32,000 bases of DNA from an uncultured Chloroflexia bacterium (lineage in GTDB: Bacteria; Chloroflexota; Ktedonobacteria; Ktedonobacterales; JADMIN01), in contig CAVRAI010000003.1 of NCBI GenBank assembly GCA_963718915.1, positions 300,001 to 332,000 on the forward strand. Direction: 5' to 3'. Under the pieces are notes generated by a model, which searched no databases, was not told where the DNA came from, and saw nothing but the letters and a program-made list of their open reading frames with translations. The position numbers and the translations under genes were made by a program. Positions 31,018 to 32,000 of the stretch are shown one piece after another (the stretch's first letter is position 1; every line of letters starts with the position of its first letter).

Positions 31018-31051
31018 AAGCAGAAGCGAGAGTGCTTCTGCTTTTTTGTTG
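31018..31051 (+). terminator. intrinsic terminator within the aroH-tyrA 5' leader (attenuator)
   Basis: AAGCAGAAGC-GAGAGT-GCTTCTGCTT is a perfect 10-bp stem followed by TTTTGTTG. It sits 67 nt upstream of the aroH ATG, with no upstream gene on this strand. Confidence 0.8.
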
Positions 31052-31117
31052 TCCTCTGCTTCCCTCTCTCCTGTGGGTGAGGGGGTGAGGGGGCGAGGTC
31101 AGGGGGAGTCAATACTG

Positions 31118-31957
31118 ATGGAAAGCTCATCGACCGTGCGCTGCCGGGGACTGCGCGGCGCGACCACCGCCGCCGATAACAGCGCCGAAGCGATTCTCGC
31201 CGCCACCCGCGAGCTACTCGAACGGCTGGTGGCGCGCAATGCCCTCGATGTCGCGGATATCGCCAGCGCGTTCTTCACCGTGACCGACGACCTCGACGCC
31301 GCCTATCCCGCCCTGGCCGCGCGCGAGCTGGGCTGGAACGAGGTGGCGCTGCTCTGCGCCCGCGAGATCCCCGTCCCCGGTAGCATCTCTCGCTGCATCC
31401 GCGTGCTGCTCCACATCAACACGACGAAGGGACAGGGCGACCTGCGCCACGTCTATCTGCGCGAGGCGGTGGCGCTGCGGCCTGGCTTCGCCGACACTGC
31501 CACCACCAGCTACTATGCCCGCCGTAGAGCGCGTCGCCATCATCGGTCTGGGGCTAATGGGCGCGTCGCTCGGCCTGGCGCTACGGGAGCGGGGAGAGGC
31601 GCGGCAGGTAGTGGGATTCGACGTCGATCCTGGCGTGACAGCGCGCGCCCGCGAACGCGGAGCGATCGACGTTGCCTGCTCATCGGTCGCGGAGGCGGTG
31701 ACTGGCAGCAATCTGGTAGTGCTGGCCACGCCGCTGCTGGCAATGCGCGATCTGCTGGCGGAGATGGCGCCACTGCTGGCCGAGACGACGATTGTCACCG
31801 ACCTTGGCAGCGTCAAGGCGGAGGTCGTCTCATGGGCGGAGTCGCTCGCTGCCCGCCCCCCGCCAGTTCGTTGGGGGACATCCGATGGCGGGCAGCGAGC
31901 AATCAGGCATCGAGGCAGCTACTGGCGCTCTATATCACGACTGCGTCTGGTGTCTGA
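31118..31957 (+). CDS. aroH: AroH-type chorismate mutase ORF; homology ends near 31490 but no in-frame stop occurs until 31957
   Basis: ATG at 31118 after [42 protein letters not shown]...[22 protein letters not shown]...[10 protein letters not shown]...[14 protein letters not shown] is collinear with Bacillus and Thermus AroH (~120 aa). The remaining ~150 codons overlap tyrA out of frame and are Arg/Gly-rich junk. Confidence 0.75.
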   Translation: MESSSTVRCRGLRGATTAADNSAEAILAATRELLERLVARNALDVADIASAFFTVTDDLDAAYPALAARELGWNEVALLCAREIPVPGSISRCIRVLLHINTTKGQGDLRHVYLREAVALRPGFADTATTSYYARRRARRHHRSGANGRVARPGATGAGRGAAGSGIRRRSWRDSARPRTRSDRRCLLIGRGGGDWQQSGSAGHAAAGNARSAGGDGATAGRDDDCHRPWQRQGGGRLMGGVARCPPPASSLGDIRWRAASNQASRQLLALYITTASGV

Positions 31958-32000
31958 CGCCCACCGATGACACATCCGTCGCCGCGCTCCACCGCGTCGC
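31515..32000 (+). CDS. tyrA: prephenate dehydrogenase (partial at window end), reading frame broken at a C6 run at 31856-31861
   Basis: [17 protein letters not shown] is the Rossmann GxGxxG motif, followed by LVVLATP...IVTDLGSVK. After the CCCCCC run the conserved [18 protein letters not shown]...CLTP continues in the +1 frame to the window end. Confidence 0.85.

Noticed and set aside
30889-31051. T-box riboswitch upstream of aroH-tyrA.
   Set aside because: There is no GGUGGUACCGCG-like T-box sequence, and the leader (~160 nt to the terminator) is too short for stem I-III architecture.

Overview
High-GC (~63-65%) bacterial chromosomal window, about 88% coding. The combination of a valS T-box, AroH-type chorismate mutase and PyrR suggests a Chloroflexota-like or other Terrabacteria lineage; this is inference only. 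Gene content is mostly housekeeping. It includes a pyrimidine operon on the minus strand (pyrR-pyrB-pyrC-carA-GNAT-carB) with a recognisable PyrR-binding attenuator, a T-box-controlled valS, and murJ, lepB and aroH-tyrA. It also includes an Nramp transporter, M50 and M20 peptidases, a DapA-like aldolase, a BrnT/BrnA toxin-antitoxin pair, and a ~2 kb low-GC (~50%) island carrying a type II restriction-modification pair. The most striking signal matches no ORF. The 14-bp palindrome GTTTCACGTGAAAC, which is the conserved chromosomal parS / ParB-binding consensus, occurs five times perfectly, with 2-4 degenerate copies. That is roughly one site per 3-4 kb, mostly at gene boundaries, and indicates an unusually dense origin-proximal centromere array. 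Three housekeeping genes (valS, carB, tyrA) each carry a single-base frame disruption, two of them in C-runs, so they are either assembly errors or pseudogenes. Other points worth a second look: a ClpX-type zinc-ribbon remnant after pyrR interrupted by an in-frame TGA; a Tyr-rich leaderless mini-ORF plus terminator upstream of aroH-tyrA; short tandem repeats in three promoter-proximal regions; a 430-bp hairpin-rich gap between convergent genes; and a Lys/Ala-rich tail on the M20 peptidase.
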